DNA from: Rhina ancylostomus
Taxonomy: Eukaryota
Reading direction: 5' to 3'
Length of the DNA stretch: 64,000 nt
Assembly (NCBI GenBank): GCA_030265395.1
Contig: JARFYF010000012.1
Span: forward strand, 21,682,879-21,746,878
The notes beneath the pieces were generated by a model. That model worked only from the letters and a program-made list of their open reading frames with translations. It did not search any database and was not told where the DNA came from. The first letter of the stretch is position 1, and each line of letters opens with the position of its first letter. The position numbers and the translations under genes are program-made. Positions 1 to 13,539 of the stretch are shown here, one piece after another.

Positions 1-229
1 CACACACAGCAAACTCTGCCAGTGCTGCAGTCACCACCTCTCTCCACTTCCACAACATCTGTTCACTTCTGAATAAGACCCTTGCTACAAACAATGTGGC
101 CTTGACCAGATGCTGGCCAGGGGTAACAAATATTTCCTGTGCTGATTAAGCATCTTCAAGCGATCATTTGCCCTGCCCTGTCCATCTTGATTCATCCCCA
201 AGATCATCCTTTGAGCAGCTCCTCTTGTT

Positions 230-760
230 CCACCCACCCCGTCTCTCACTTAAAATGTTCTTTTTCTGGCCTCTCTAATATAATAAACATTTCATCACAA
301 TCACATTGATTTCTTTCCTCCTGCACTCATGGCACCAAGAAATTTCTCATCCTCAGTGATTTCAGCCTCGATATAAATTTCTACTCTTCTCCAAGTTCAC
401 TGTTTTCCCAGCCTCCCTTAATCTCTCCATATAAACATTCCCACCCCACAATCTTAGCCAATTGTTGACCTTGCCGTCTCAGATAGCATCCATTCTCCCA
501 CTCAGTCATGATTGCGGCCTGCAAAGATTGCTTCCTGCCCACATTTCCCTTTCCTGTCTCGACCCCCTTTCCAGTATCCACCCCAGAAAAAAACTTAGCC
601 AATTCACTTACTGTGGTATTGTCAAAATCCCAACTGTGTAGCCTATGGCTCTCCACTCATCTCAAGATTCTTGCCGTTACTGTTCTCCTCAACCGCACCT
701 TCACTTCCATTGCTGCTGCCTCTGACATCATTAATACTATTATTTCCTCTCATGATAGCC
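230..760 (+). mobile_element. Highly degraded L2-type LINE fragment (endonuclease region)
   Basis: CT-rich. CTCATCCTCAGTGATTTCAGCCTC resembles the APE motif LILGDFNL; a downstream PTH..GH.LDL-like stretch lies at ~440-475. Many frameshifts. Confidence 0.55.
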
Positions 761-1099
761 AGTCCCTACAATGTGGCTTCATTTCCATCCCCTTAAGTCC
801 ATGACAATGAAAAATTAAAATTAAAATAAATCTTATGTCTAGTGTCCCCCACTGCAATCATCCCCCAAATCTATTGGTCTCCTTCAATTCACCCCACCCC
901 TACAATGTTATTCAAGAACACACTACCATTGTGCACAAGTATGTTCATTAGCACCAATCTCATCCCCTCCACTTTCTGTAAATTATGACAACTTAGCCAA
1001 TATCCAGTCCAAGATAACAGAAATTTGCTCCCTGAATTGTCTTCACTCCCTGACACAAAATGTTCCCTCACTATCTAGATCTACCCCTTTCAGGGGCAT

Positions 1100-1620
1100 C
1101 TATCTGAAGTGAACCCAGGTTATTACAACCGTGATATCACATCCAACATGGAGGCAAGCTACATCATGACCATCATTTACTTCTGCCTCCTAACACTGCC
1201 TGACTCAGCTCACGCATCAGTTCATCTGCTGTTGAAACTTCATCCATGTCCAGGTGCTGCTAGACTTGACTATTCCAATGCTTTCCTGGCCATCTTCCCT
1301 CATTTTACTCTTTGTAAAACCAAAATTATTCACCCATTACCCCTATACTTCATGACCCAGTTAAAGAACCCTTGATTTAAAATTACCATCTTTTTTTTTA
1401 ACCATGTTCATATTTTTATCATCTCCATCAGTCGCATAGAGGTCAAAAACATCTGCACTCCTCCAACAACAAAAAACAAAATCACACTACTGGAATCCCT
1501 GGCTTCAAAAAGGAACAACACCAAGCTTTTGAATTCCCTCACTAAAATTCTGTACCTGTCTATCTCTGCTTTCCTCCTTTAAGATATTTATTAAAACCTC
1601 AATGCATTTTTTGTTGATAA
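1100..1620 (+). mobile_element. L2 LINE 3' fragment
   Basis: Encodes RLDYSNAFLA (L2 motif SRLDYxNALLAG), followed by an L2-type 3' end (GAATTCCCTCACTAAAATTCTG...TCCTCCTTTAAGA). Confidence 0.75.
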
Positions 1621-2009
1621 TACTCCTGTGCTAACAGTCTATCATATTGTTTTTTGGACAAGTCTTGGATCACCTTTCAGAAGAAAAATCTGCTTATTAT
1701 AAATGACTACGTAATGACTACCTATTCACACAGCAGTGTGCGAAACAGACTGGATGACACGTGTGGACAACGGTCTGGTACTCTTTTGAACCTGCTTCTA
1801 ACTAAAGCTGAATGACATTCTGCCTCAATCCATCTCTCTCCCTCTCTGGCAATTGTTGGGAGTCTTTATGGTCTGTTTAATTCCAGTAGCATCCAGTACA
1901 ATGGGATTTTAGTACAAAGTCTTGAGCTTGAAAAGACAGCAAAACAGAATCTGAACTGGACTAGTCCGAATCACAATCTGGCTACAAGAGAAGGACAGAT
2001 GCTATGAAT

Positions 2010-2535
2010 CATGCGGTGATTAACTCCCTAACGCCTGTCCACTATATACAAGGCTCAGGTCAGCAGTGTGATGGAATACTTAATGAATGAGTGCAACTTC
2101 AACAACACTCAAGAAGCTCAACAGCATAGAAGACATAGCAGCCCACTTGATAGGCACCCTGTCCATTCACTCACTCTACCACCGATGCATAGTAGCAGCA
2201 GTTTGTACCATTCACAGCATGTACTACAACAACTCACCAAGACTCCTCAGACAGCACCTTCCAAACCCACCACCTCTAACAGCTGGAAGGTGAAGGGCAG
2301 AAAAAGCAGGGGGACACCACCACCTGTAAGTTGCCCTCTGAGGCACACACCATCCTGACTTGGAAATATATCGCCGTTCCTTCACCGTCACTGGGTCAAA
2401 ATCCTGCAACTCTCTCCCTAGCAGCATTGTGGGCAAGGCAAGGACTGCAGCAGTTCAAGAAGGCAGCTCACCACCACCATCTCAGGGCAATTAAATGCTG
2501 GCTCAGCTCTGAAGCCCACATCCCTCACAATGAAT
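2010..2535 (+). mobile_element. CR1-clade LINE (second family), ORF2 C-terminus and 3' end
   Basis: Translates as LSTIYKAQVSSVMEY then MSATSTTLKKLNSIEDIAAHLIG (RT C-terminal region); ends in GGGCAATTAAATGCTGGC...CCCACATCCC...AATGAAT. Confidence 0.85.
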
Positions 2536-5500
2536 GTGAAAAAGAGGAAATGTCTTGCCGGTGCTACAGACAGTGCTCAGTGACGCTATGTATCAATTTA
2601 TAGACTGAAGTGTTTCACACAATTTGTGTTTTATCTGACCCAAGAGCTTTCATTGCCTGTAAAAGGGGGAAATTCCACACTTGCCCTTGTTTGTTTATAT
2701 TGCCACTATTTATTTTCATTTGAAGACATTTAGATCTGATACTATACACAAACTTGAAAGCTTGCTTACAGAGGGCCCTTGCCAACATAATTATTTAATT
2801 GATGTGTACTACCAACTATAAAATGAGTAAAAGTTTAAGGGGAACTCCATTTATTTTTATCCAAAGTCATCAGATCTGATTGCTTTCCAGAATGCCGACC
2901 TTGCAATGCAGAAATGAGGCAGAAAAATACAAAAAACTTTACAAACTTATGATACAGCTAAGTTTTATGGAAGGAGGATGAAAGAAAGCGGAAAAACAAA
3001 AGCACAGAAGTGGCTTATGATTTTACACAATACATTGGTTTCTCTTTTACTGCCAAAGTTAAATGCTTCAGAATCTCAAAGCCAGATTGTTAGAGTAATT
3101 AGAAATGTAAAGTGACCCAACATCAGCCACTTCATGTGCCTGACCTAATTTGTGCAGCTTTGTGTTGCACTCCCTAGAGAAACATTAGGACAATGTCGGA
3201 AGGATCCTGGACTTTTGACTTTTAGGTCAGTGCTCTCTACCACAAGTTGTTATGGCAAATTGCAACATTCTCTACATAAAAGTGACACATTCCAGTGTAT
3301 CCAATGCACAACAAAAGGGATGGGTCAGCCATAACCATCAAAATGATGCATTTTAAAATAGCATGGTGATTTTATTTCCTCCCAAAATGGATCTTGTTCT
3401 TTGTTGTCCTTAGCAAAGGTAGCCACTTTAGTGTAATTGCTGGAAGCTCCTGCAAATACAAGGGCTAAGCTAAACCCACACTTCAGCAACAAGTCACATA
3501 AACAATCCACTGTCAATAACAAAAGCAGCTAAATAATCACACGAGGCTACATCACAATGGCCAATTTTATACTTCTAAATGGCTTCCACAAAAAGCACGC
3601 CTGGCTACTGACTTCTGTCTGAATGTTCATGATTATAATACCTCTTTTCCTACATTAAACATGGGTTTCTACACATGCCTGTATGAGTAGGCTGCAGCAT
3701 GAAGTATTACTCACTGGAGACCATTTCCACGAACTGAAAGTTATGTTTTTTTTAAACTGATGTCACAACAGCAACTTATACTCTCTACTTAGAACTACAC
3801 TCTGATAATGGTGGGGTGGCATCCTGAACAAGTGTGGTATTGAATCATTCTCCCGTGTCTCCAATCTGCCCAGTATTGTTCCAAACTGTGACAAGCTGTT
3901 CAGCTGCATCTGAAACTCCACAATAGCCACGCATTAAGTTGCTTTTATATTTTGCAGTAAGCCTACTCATTTAAGTTTTAAGGTCTCAAAACTATTTTGC
4001 TGAAAGCTCTGCAAGAAAGGAATGTTCAAATGCACCAAAAACACTATAACTTTATTTAGCTGGACTTGCAGTTTGCCACCTCCTGTGTCCAACTTTGTTC
4101 CTTTAGTTTTCTAGGGTCATCCAATACTCTTTTAAAAAAATTCGTAAAGCATGGCATATCCCAAAATATGTGAATTTGTTTTAAATTCTATCCACTTGAA
4201 TTGAGAAAAATATTGAATGATACAAATAATTAGTGACTTTATTGCCCACTTTGTACTGGACACCAGCATCTATGAGCTAGCCTTAAGCATTTATTCTGCC
4301 ACAACTAATTCCTTTACTCTGGTTGCTGTGAAATCAAACAGATTCAACATATTAACAGCTGGCTCATGAATGCTGCTCTCCAATAACTTGAACTAAAGGG
4401 AACAAAAAGATCNNNNNNNNNACACAGGTGACAGAAGATCCATTACCAGTGTGGATAGTCATAGGAATAATTTGAGTAGCTGGATTAAGGGCACCACAGA
4501 AAAAGGGTATTATAATTTACAGGTCTTTCCTATAGGTTTATTGACAACTAGTAAATGGCCCCAGTGACAATTCCGAAACATTAATCTTTTTTCCTCGCTG
4601 ATACTGACTGATTTACTCTGCTTCTCACATTTTGTGTTTTTAATGAAGATTTTCAAGTATATTTGCTATCTTTCACCTTTCAATACACAACTTCGAAAAC
4701 AGTCAAAATGTCACCATTGTCCAGATTCTTCCACCCCAGAGGAGGTTATAATTTTCTACAGCTCAAAAGGGGGTGGTGAAAATTGCCAGACCACCCTCTG
4801 TCAATTTCCACAGCTCCTTGTACAATTCAGATCTCTTCTGAAAATCAATTGCTGTAAATTAGTTCTGCATCAGTTTTGAAGATCAGAACTGATCATTTTT
4901 TTCTGTTCCACACAAAATATACAAGAGTATGCCTTCAATCTGCCAAATCCAATAAATTACTGTAAGCATTAATCTTTTAGTGTAAAGAAAAATGGAATTC
5001 ATTTCTAACATGACATCGTGTTAATATTTGTTTAAATTCAGAACTTTGGCCACTTCATTTCAAATGGAGCAGAAGCAATAAAGCATCTCCTGAAGTTTGC
5101 ACAAACATTATTGGAGGATTTAAATGTACCATTAGACAAGTCATTCAAAACAGTGTATGAAAATACAGGAATGTTGGTAGAGGTTGGGACTGGAATTCAG
5201 ACTGACAAACATGCAGTTTCCAACATGGTAAACTATCAGTTGCAAGATCCCTGGTTTTATTTCCCCAAAGCTCCCTCACTGAGGGATACTGAAGCTAATT
5301 AAGGAGCCCCTGTGGTTGAAGCTGGCTAATTTAGTGCAGACGAGGAATCAACATGGGTCTATACTGGTTAATGCCACATTGTTAAGGTTCAAAACCCAAG
5401 TCTAGATTTGGTTAAATTGTTAAGGAAGTAAACAGAAAATCCCACATTTCTTCAATAAATTATTTGTGCACAAAACATTGGAGGATGAATATCTTCAGTC

Positions 5501-7284
5501 TGACTATTTAAGGAATCTTTTCATAGATATTCTTCACTGGAGAATCAAGTGACCCAAACCTTGCACAAGTTTACAAGCTTCCTTTTTGAATAAATCAGAA
5601 ACAGCACTGCCTTCCAGTTGCACTGGTATCTGATACTGAAGCTCCAAGGAATCTAGAGCAACATAATAATCAGCCTGGTTTATATGTAGTTCCCGGCAAA
5701 GTAAACTCTAGAAGTATGAAGAGAATGCAAATACAAAAGGATTAAAAAGCAATTAACACCACAGAGTATATAAACATTCTGTTTACATTGGCACAAGTTC
5801 ACTTGCAGTAAAGTTAAATTGCTCCAATACCAGCAGATTCTTTGGACTATGCTGTAAAAATGGTTGGACACTAATAATCAAATTGATTTATATTTGAAAA
5901 TCATCTCAGGTTTAAGACAAAACATCCCAAGTGAAAGGGACTTTTGACACACAGCCATTTTAACATCTCCAAACTTTTTCAATGTTGCAGTTCAAAGGCA
6001 GGAATACTTGCACTACTTTGCCATAATGTGATGTAAACTGTGCATCACTGTGGCATAACGCAGTTTCATTTGACCTCTGCACAATGTTCCAAAACAAGAA
6101 CATTACACAAAAAATTGGGCACTGCAGAGGCATGCGGAGGTTCATTATCATGGGAAGTAGCACACCAACGCCAAGAAATTCATTAATGTTATTTTACTGG
6201 CACTAAAACAGAGTTAACAACTTCCCCTAATGAAGTTTCAAAAAGCTGCTAGAGANNNNNNNNNNNNNNNNNNNNNNNNNNNNNNNNNNNNNNNNNNNNN
6301 NNNNNNNNNNNNNNNNNNNNNNNNNNNNNNNNNNNNNNNNNNNNNNNNNNNNNNNTTTCAAAAAGCTGCTAGAGAAAGTTATAACATTCATTAATACCAG
6401 TTTCAAAACTGTGCCAACAGGTGCTCTCAGATGTGACACTACTCTGCTTCAGCAACAGTGGTCATTATTGTTGAATTCCCTCCATTAGTAGCACCCTTCT
6501 TCACATATCTAACCTCAGGAAGTAGCTTTTAAAGGGTCACTGCACAACACAGCCAGATTTCTAGATTTAGAACAATACAAAAAATTGTTGGCAATTAATG
6601 AGGGTGGGCAACAATGATGGGAGAAACTGCAAAGTCCTTCTAAGGGTGCAAGAGTTTTGAAGAGCACTGAGCATAAGAGGCAGCCTCCATGTGGAAAGGG
6701 CATTCATTGAAAGAAGCTGTCCGGGAGGTGTCTCTGGGGTCATGAGCCCCCTCTACCAATGCCTGACTTTTGCCAGACCTGCTCTGCAGTGAGGTGCCAC
6801 TTCCAGACATGACTGCAAAAGCCACATTCCTCATAAATGGAAGATTCCTCAAGCTACCCGTCAAGGTTTTCTTGACTTCTGCACCACAGCAGAGAAAAGC
6901 AAAATGTTCTTTGCAGCATTCATCAGTCACAGAGACACCGACTTACAGAGAACATGCAAATGCCGCATGTGACATTTTGCTTCTCTGCTGCTTTACGGAA
7001 GTCAAGAGAAGATGTACCAGCAAAGTTAGGTTTGATGAATGTGACTTTTCCACCATACATGGAAGGGGAATTGGCTGCAGTATAAGGCTGCTGAAGGTGC
7101 AGGCACTCAGGCAGTTACCAACAACTCTGAGGCAACAAATGCCTTTTTCCATTTTTATTATTTTTCTTCTGACAAATACGAGCTGTTTCTCTTTTTGCTG
7201 GATTTCTTCTGGCATTTCTGGACATTTACTGTTGAGAGAGAACTCTTTGAAAGAAGCTGGTGGCTTAGCAACCCAGGATCCTAG

Positions 7285-7593
7285 TCTGCTGGTAGAGCAG
7301 CTGCCTTATAGCACCAGAGATGCAGGTTTATTCCTGACCTCAGTGTCATCTCTGTGGAGTTTACACATTCTCTTTGTGACTGCATGGGTTTCCTCTAGGT
7401 GCTTAGGTTTCCTCCCCCCCTCAAAGATATGTGGGTTGGTAGATTAATTGAACACTGTAAACTGCCCCAATATGCAGGCAAGTTGTAGAATCTGTGGGGA
7501 GTTTGGGAGAATGTGGGGAGAATAAAATGGGTGCTTGATGGTTGGCAGAGAAGCGATCAGCTGAAGGATCCATTTTCCTGTGGTTTGTCTCTA
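7285..7593 (+). mobile_element. V-domain SINE (HE1-like) with CR1-type tail
   Basis: tRNA-like head (GGTAGAGCAGCTGCC...CCAGAGA..CAGGTT..TTCCTG), V-domain core (GTGGAGTTTACACATTCTC...TGGGTTTCCTCTAGGTGCT..GGTTTCCTCCC) and CR1-like tail (CTGAAGGATCCATTTTCCTGTG). Confidence 0.9.
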
Positions 7594-8984
7594 AGAGATG
7601 TAGAGTTGCATGCCAACAACTGCTGAAAAGATCTGCCTGATCATTCAAGTGAGACTCAGTTTAAGCATTCAGCATTATTAAAAGCAGTAAGAGAATAACG
7701 CCAGCTATGATTTGGGCCAACGTGTATGAAAATCTCGCCAGAAACTAACTTTTTTGTGTTGCCCAACTGTTGATAACATTCAGGCAAGGTGGTAACCATA
7801 AACTGTCATAGGGCCTACAGAATTCTTGTAAAAAGAAGTCCATACCCCATTAAGGGCTGATGTTAACTCAGAAATTTGCACACAATTGGGTCATGGCTAT
7901 TAATGCAAATTATGCACTGATGAATTTCTACATCCAGATTTCTTTCATATTTTGATACTGTCATATGGAACATACCTCTTGCAATACTCCTCACCTCATG
8001 CAGCACAAGTGTTTTCATTCAGACAGGCGTTTTGATGCAAGAGCCCCACAGCTAAATGTGAGGTGCTAATCTCCCTTTTAGCTATCTACATGCACAGTAA
8101 ATACATGAACAGGATTACATTCTTGCTCTCCATATACTACCATACTGCAGGTTTAACTGGAATTTTTTTTTACAAACTTTGTAAATTTGATTCAGCTTAA
8201 CCTTGATGACAATTGTAAACTGAAGATCTTAAATATACCCTGCAGGAACAATTTTGCACATGATGCACAGCATATCTCAAACACACAACAAAGATTTGGC
8301 TCTTAAGTGTGAAATGTCAGTATGCAAAATATCTAAGCTTTTCGTTCAAGGGTTTGAGATTCAGCTAGGACTGGAAACAATTCTCTGGTTACAGTACAAA
8401 GGCAGGAATGAAAAAATTCTCCTTGTGACCTTCAGTATAATTAAAAATGTGAAGCAAAAAGCACTGGTATGACTCAGATCACATTCAACCATAATATGCT
8501 GAGAACATATGCTGCAAAACATAGATATGTGTACTGTTGAAACAAAAATACACCTGAAACATGGTTGCTGCTTTCCCAAAGTACATCTTGGATGCTGCTG
8601 TAGATATTTTCATGTTACAGTGACTGCATTGCGCATTATCAAAATGAGGAGCTCTGCAGTGACTCTGAAAACCACAATTTCATTGACTGCCTTTGAGTAC
8701 ACATACCTACAATTGTATAAGCCTTGATTAGGGCCATTATTAGAAACAAGGGATTTAGCAGAAATCATTGCACAGTTTTCTGAGTACTGCTCTACCTGGT
8801 ACTCCACGTCAAAACACAAACAGCTGATAAGATGAGGCAGTTTCCCTCATTGTGTGAGGATTAAATTTCAAGCCCAACACCATCAAATAGATGTACTTAA
8901 TAGCAATAAAGTAAATTGCCTGAGTTGAAATTTTCACCGATACTTTCACCGAAGCAGATAATTATAAAACGCAGAACAACAAAT

Positions 8985-9620
8985 GGCAGACACTGGAAAT
9001 TTGAAAACTCCCTAGAAAGTGTTGGTAAAACTCAGCAAGCCACATCTGTAAAGAGAAACACTTTCCAGGAACCACCATCAGAATTGGTAAAAGTGAGAAA
9101 ACAAGCCCATTTTGAACAGCAAAAGAGGGCAAAGGTGGAGAGAAGAGGGATTGTCTGTTATCAGGCCCAAGCTATCAACCTGATAATTACTTAAAATGAA
9201 TAGCAGTTGGAGACAGAAGAGAAAGAAACACTTTGGAACTGAAAGATATAAGAGAAAAAAAAGGTAGTTATTGAAATTGTTAAATTCAATATTGTCCCAA
9301 AGGCTGCAAGACAGAAGATAAGATTATGTTCTTTATTATACTTTGGGCATTTTTGGGACAATGTAAGAGGCTGAAGACAGAACGTTAGACTGGGAATGAA
9401 ACGGAGAATTAAAGTAACCGGTGACAAGTAGCTCAGAGTCGACCTGACAGAACACCGCCATTCAGTCCGCAAAGTGGTCACCCATTCTGTCTTTGGTTTG
9501 TCCAATGTGGAGGAGACTACATTATGAGTACTGAATGCAACATTCTAAATTGTAAGTGCAAGTGAATCACTGCTGAGCCCACGGATGGTGGGAAGTGAAG
9601 AGATAAAAGGGTAGGCTTTA
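8985..9620 (-). mobile_element. Penelope-like element fragment (GIY-YIG endonuclease end plus terminal region)
   Basis: Minus strand gives FTCTYNLECCIQYS*CSLLHIGQTKDRMGDHF, matching the PLE GIY-YIG pattern CxSxNxVYxIxCxxC...YIGETxRxL. Confidence 0.8.
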
Positions 9621-9869
9621 CAACATCAAGGCAGAATGAAAACAGGGTGGCAGAGATGTAGCTGAGATAGCTTTGGGAATCCATAGCCTTAAAATTGATA
9701 TTGGTTGCTGACTTATCTCCTGGGATTATAAAGCTATTTTGTCATTTCTTTGTATCAGAGTGAAAATAGACTGTTAGGAAAACTGCTCCAAATCCAAGTC
9801 TACCTGTCGGTCTGGCTATCATTTTGATGCTCCTATATTAGTTTTTCTTTAAACAAAAAATTCCTAGGT

Positions 9870-10190
9870 GGTAGGCATGGCTGGCATTTATTGTCCATCC
9901 TTCATTTTGCTTGAATCGAGTGGTTTGCCAGTCATTTCAGAGGGCAGTAAGGAGCAAACTATATTGCAATGGATTTCACTTTGAAGCCAGGCAGCCTAAG
10001 GACAACATACTTCCTTCATTAAAGGAGGTTCATGAACCAGATGGGTTTTATGGAAAGTTGGTCATTTAATGGTTAACATTACTGATGCTAGCTTTATATT
10101 TTCAATTTATTTAAGTAACAAGAGATTTTAACTTCATGTCTTCAGGTTATTAGTCCAGAGCTCTGAATTACTAATCCGGGAGCATAGCTT
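9870..10190 (-). mobile_element. Degraded tRNA-derived SINE whose tail matches the CR1-clade family at 2.0-2.5 kb
   Basis: Minus strand: head ...GGATTAGTAATTCAGAG..., body AAAACCCATCTGGTTCA...TGCCCTCTGAAATG, tail GGATGGACAATAAATGCCAGCC (compare 2485-2502). Confidence 0.65.
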
Positions 10191-12006
10191 TCAGTTTATT
10201 GTATGTTGAAATACAACCAACTGCAACATCACATCATCATAATTGCTCCGAAGTGGGTTCTGCCCCACAAAAGGATTACAAAAGTCTGCAGAAAAGACGT
10301 GGGTTTTAAAGTGAGATTCGAGCTTAATGTTTTCAAAAGTAAATTTACCTTTACTCATCCAAAAATGACAATGACTTTTTTTTAAATAAAAGGAATTACC
10401 TACCTTTCAAATTAACATAACAGACCATTAATACTTTTAGACCAACTAGATCAATTTTTCTGTCATGGAAACAGGTCACTCCAAAAAGAACTGGCAAGAA
10501 TTCAAAGCCATCTGTGATGATTCTTTCCGTCTATATTTTGTGCAAAATAAAAATCAATTTTTTGGATTAGTTTTCTTTAAAAGACAGAGAATCCAAGTAC
10601 AAGAGCATTGTACACTACTGCCAACAACTTAGCCGTGTCACTGGGCGGGCAGAGTAGCTGGGTAAAAGGCTCCTCAAGTGTTTATCATGTTCTGTGACTG
10701 TCAAGTGAAGAGGTGTCTAAAGGCTGAGTAATGGGACAGATTTATCTTTTGCAACAAGCACTCCCTGGCTGTTTACAACCCAAGGACACAGGGCAAGATG
10801 TTTTTGGTCTGTAGTGGAAAATGCAGGCCTGCTTTCAGATCACCAAAGTTAAAAGGAAAGAAAATCAGTGGGCTGTATGATGGTCTACCGATTCTTATTT
10901 CTTATTTTGTGCTACACTCAAAGACTGATTTCTCCACCGACATCACATCCAAATAAAAATAATTCAATTTCAGCAGTGTTCTACATTGAGTGTAAAAGAT
11001 TGGCACTCTAAACTCAGCACTTTTTTTTGGAAAAAGTCCAGTCCTTCAAATACAGGTCAGTACGAACATCAAATGCGTCTGTAAACGGGTCTAGAGCAAG
11101 CATGGACCAATAGCTGCCTGAAGTTTTAAGGTGGAAGCTGCAGAATTCATACTCTTCCCAGCTGCCGATTAAGATGAGAAAAGAAAATGAACCCACTGGT
11201 TTCTTGCACCAACTACTCCAGTCTTTGTATGAGCAGCCATTGTAAAGTCCAGCTTTAATGCTTCTTCTGAAAACAGGTGCAAGACAATATTGGATTGTGC
11301 TCATTTTATACCCACCTAATAACTGCTCCTAACCATTCAGCTAATGCTTAGTTATACACACAAATTCAGCACAGGCTGCTGCACTGCTTCAAAGTGATGT
11401 TGTCCTTGTTCTACATCTGTAAGACAAGTCCATTAATATTGAACTTAAGCCCAATATTTTTACCTCAATAAAAAAAATCATTACCTTATCACTCCAGCAT
11501 CATATTCCACCCATGCAATGGAGTATGGCTGGAGTCAGAACATTGCAGTTTACAGACGGGAGAATATAGCTGTAAGCTACAGCGCAAAGAGCTGACAAAG
11601 TGAACTCTTCTCCCTCCAGCCTGGATCAAATTAAACCTTGTATCCAGAGGATTTACAAAAATATTAATAACCGCTGAATAAAAGCAACAAAGTGCTTCCA
11701 AACAAAACAGCTACTATCGATAAACTCAACACACTTGCAATCTGTTGTCAGCTACATTTAGTGTTTTAGCAGCCAGTCGAGAGAATGATGGCAGATGTGC
11801 TCTCTTTGTTATTTAGTTGGGCAATCAGGGAGCTTGTCAACAAATGCTGCAAACTCATTCAGAATGAGTAACAGAAAATGGCTGCCTATGTCACTAAGCT
11901 GCTTGCCTAATTCTATCTGTGCCAGTCATTCATTGTCAGGACATTCTTGCCCTTGCCAGATGCTGAAAAACAGCATAAGCAATTTCCGTTTATACATTCA
12001 CTACTT

Positions 12007-12148
12007 CAAACTGATGTAAAACCTGTTCTAAAATCATTGATATAAATGAATAAAGGCAGATGAACATTTACTGTGTGCAGTGTATTCAAAGTGTTCCAAG
12101 AGGAAATCATAATCAAATTGATTTGAATAGGATCAAAAGGATGCTGAA
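12007..12148. repeat. Diverged direct repeat, copy 1
   Basis: Shares exact 17-, 16- and 24-bp blocks, in the same order, with 13540-13708. Confidence 0.9.
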
Positions 12149-13539
12149 ATAATAAAGACAGGATTGTTTCCTTCAGTGGCATCTTATTGTAACTCATTTA
12201 CTCCACAAGATGCACACAATCTGTGTTTTAATGCAACAGCTTGAACAAGCCACAGAAGTATTATTCCACTGTTCGAATATAGTTACTAAAGCTAGATGGA
12301 GCAAGTTTAGCAAGTGCTGGCTGTATACCAGCAGCTCATCCAAGTTGTCATTTTTCACGCTTAGAGAGAGAAAGTTGGCAGAATACGCTGGGCCGAGGTT
12401 CCCACTAGCCTGCGGGCTCCAAAACCACTCTCACTATTCCCCATACCATCTCAGCAGGCATTGACTTATTTGAGAGACTACAGTGAACAGGCGGCAAGAA
12501 CAACAGGTGAGACCAGCTTACTCAGTATAGGCCTGGGAAAGAACTCAACCCCTTCCTGCTGATTGTGGGGCTCAGTACCAACCCCAATGAGATCAGATGG
12601 CAGTGAAGGAGAGAGGGGTGCCGAGGACAGTGAATAATAAGACTCATTTCAAACAGAGATTCAGGTAAAGAAATCTTTACCTTAACAGCAATAAATCCTG
12701 TGCACAGGAGCAAAAGTAAACAAATAACATTGGTGGATTGTTACAAGGTGTACAAAATAATTCCCAACAGCAAGATCTGAAGATCAAGAGAAATGTGAAA
12801 TAACGTGAAGTGTCACTAGGGACAATATCATAATTCAATGAAAGGCATTACTTAATAGTATAGTGCTTACAAAGAAGATAAAGCTAAAAAAATAACAAAT
12901 ATAGCAAATTTGTCATAGCTGAGCAGTATGACCCTGGTAACACAGTACACTGAGATACTTACCCACTGTATTGGCCATCATTTTGATTTTATACTATGCA
13001 GTTAGCACAACTTTAACCTTGTCTCCAGCTGGAACTGTAGGAAGGACAATGATCTAGGGAAGGAAAGGTGCTTACAAATGATGCTTACAAATTTAGAACT
13101 CAGTTCCTCCTAGGAGAAAATAAATTCTTTGGGGGAGAAAAGCCACTGGGGAACCAAACCATTTTTTTGATACCTGACTAAGCTACAACCCGTAGGAGGT
13201 TTATGCTGTAACAATGCATTAAGGATCTGTATGCATAAGCATTGCTTCTAATCTCTCTGTTGCATTACACGGTAACTAAAGCACACTGCAACAAATAGCA
13301 GAGGGTGCAAAGAGGGTTTAGCGTCTATATTGTTTCCTTATAGGCTAGAAGTGCAGTCATTGGCAATGCATGGTGTTCATTGTTAACCTCAAAGGACACT
13401 CTCCTCATATACCCATGGGGTAAGAACTTCCCCTTGTCTGATCTGTTGGGTTCTGGTACCAGTTCAATAGGAATCCCTGCTGTCCAGCATTTAAGGTCAT
13501 CATGAGCAGTCAATTGCATTAAAGATCACTCAGACACAG

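Noticed and set aside
6236-6375. 20-bp direct repeat flanking a 100-N gap (similar cases at 23.8, 26.3-26.5 and 57.4-57.6 kb), resembling target-site duplications
   Set aside because: The pattern recurs at gaps, which fits unmerged contig overlaps. A hidden insertion cannot be excluded without long reads.
6770-7447. 225-aa ORF, the longest in the window
   Set aside because: TTG start, no recognisable domain, and the last third is V-SINE sequence.
12013-12140. snoRNA reading of the diverged repeat (ACAGTA and ACA on the minus strand; TGATGT and CTGA on the plus strand)
   Set aside because: The basal stems needed for H/ACA are missing or not shared between copies, and the C box is imperfect. 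Not called as ncRNA; left as a test under the repeat finding.
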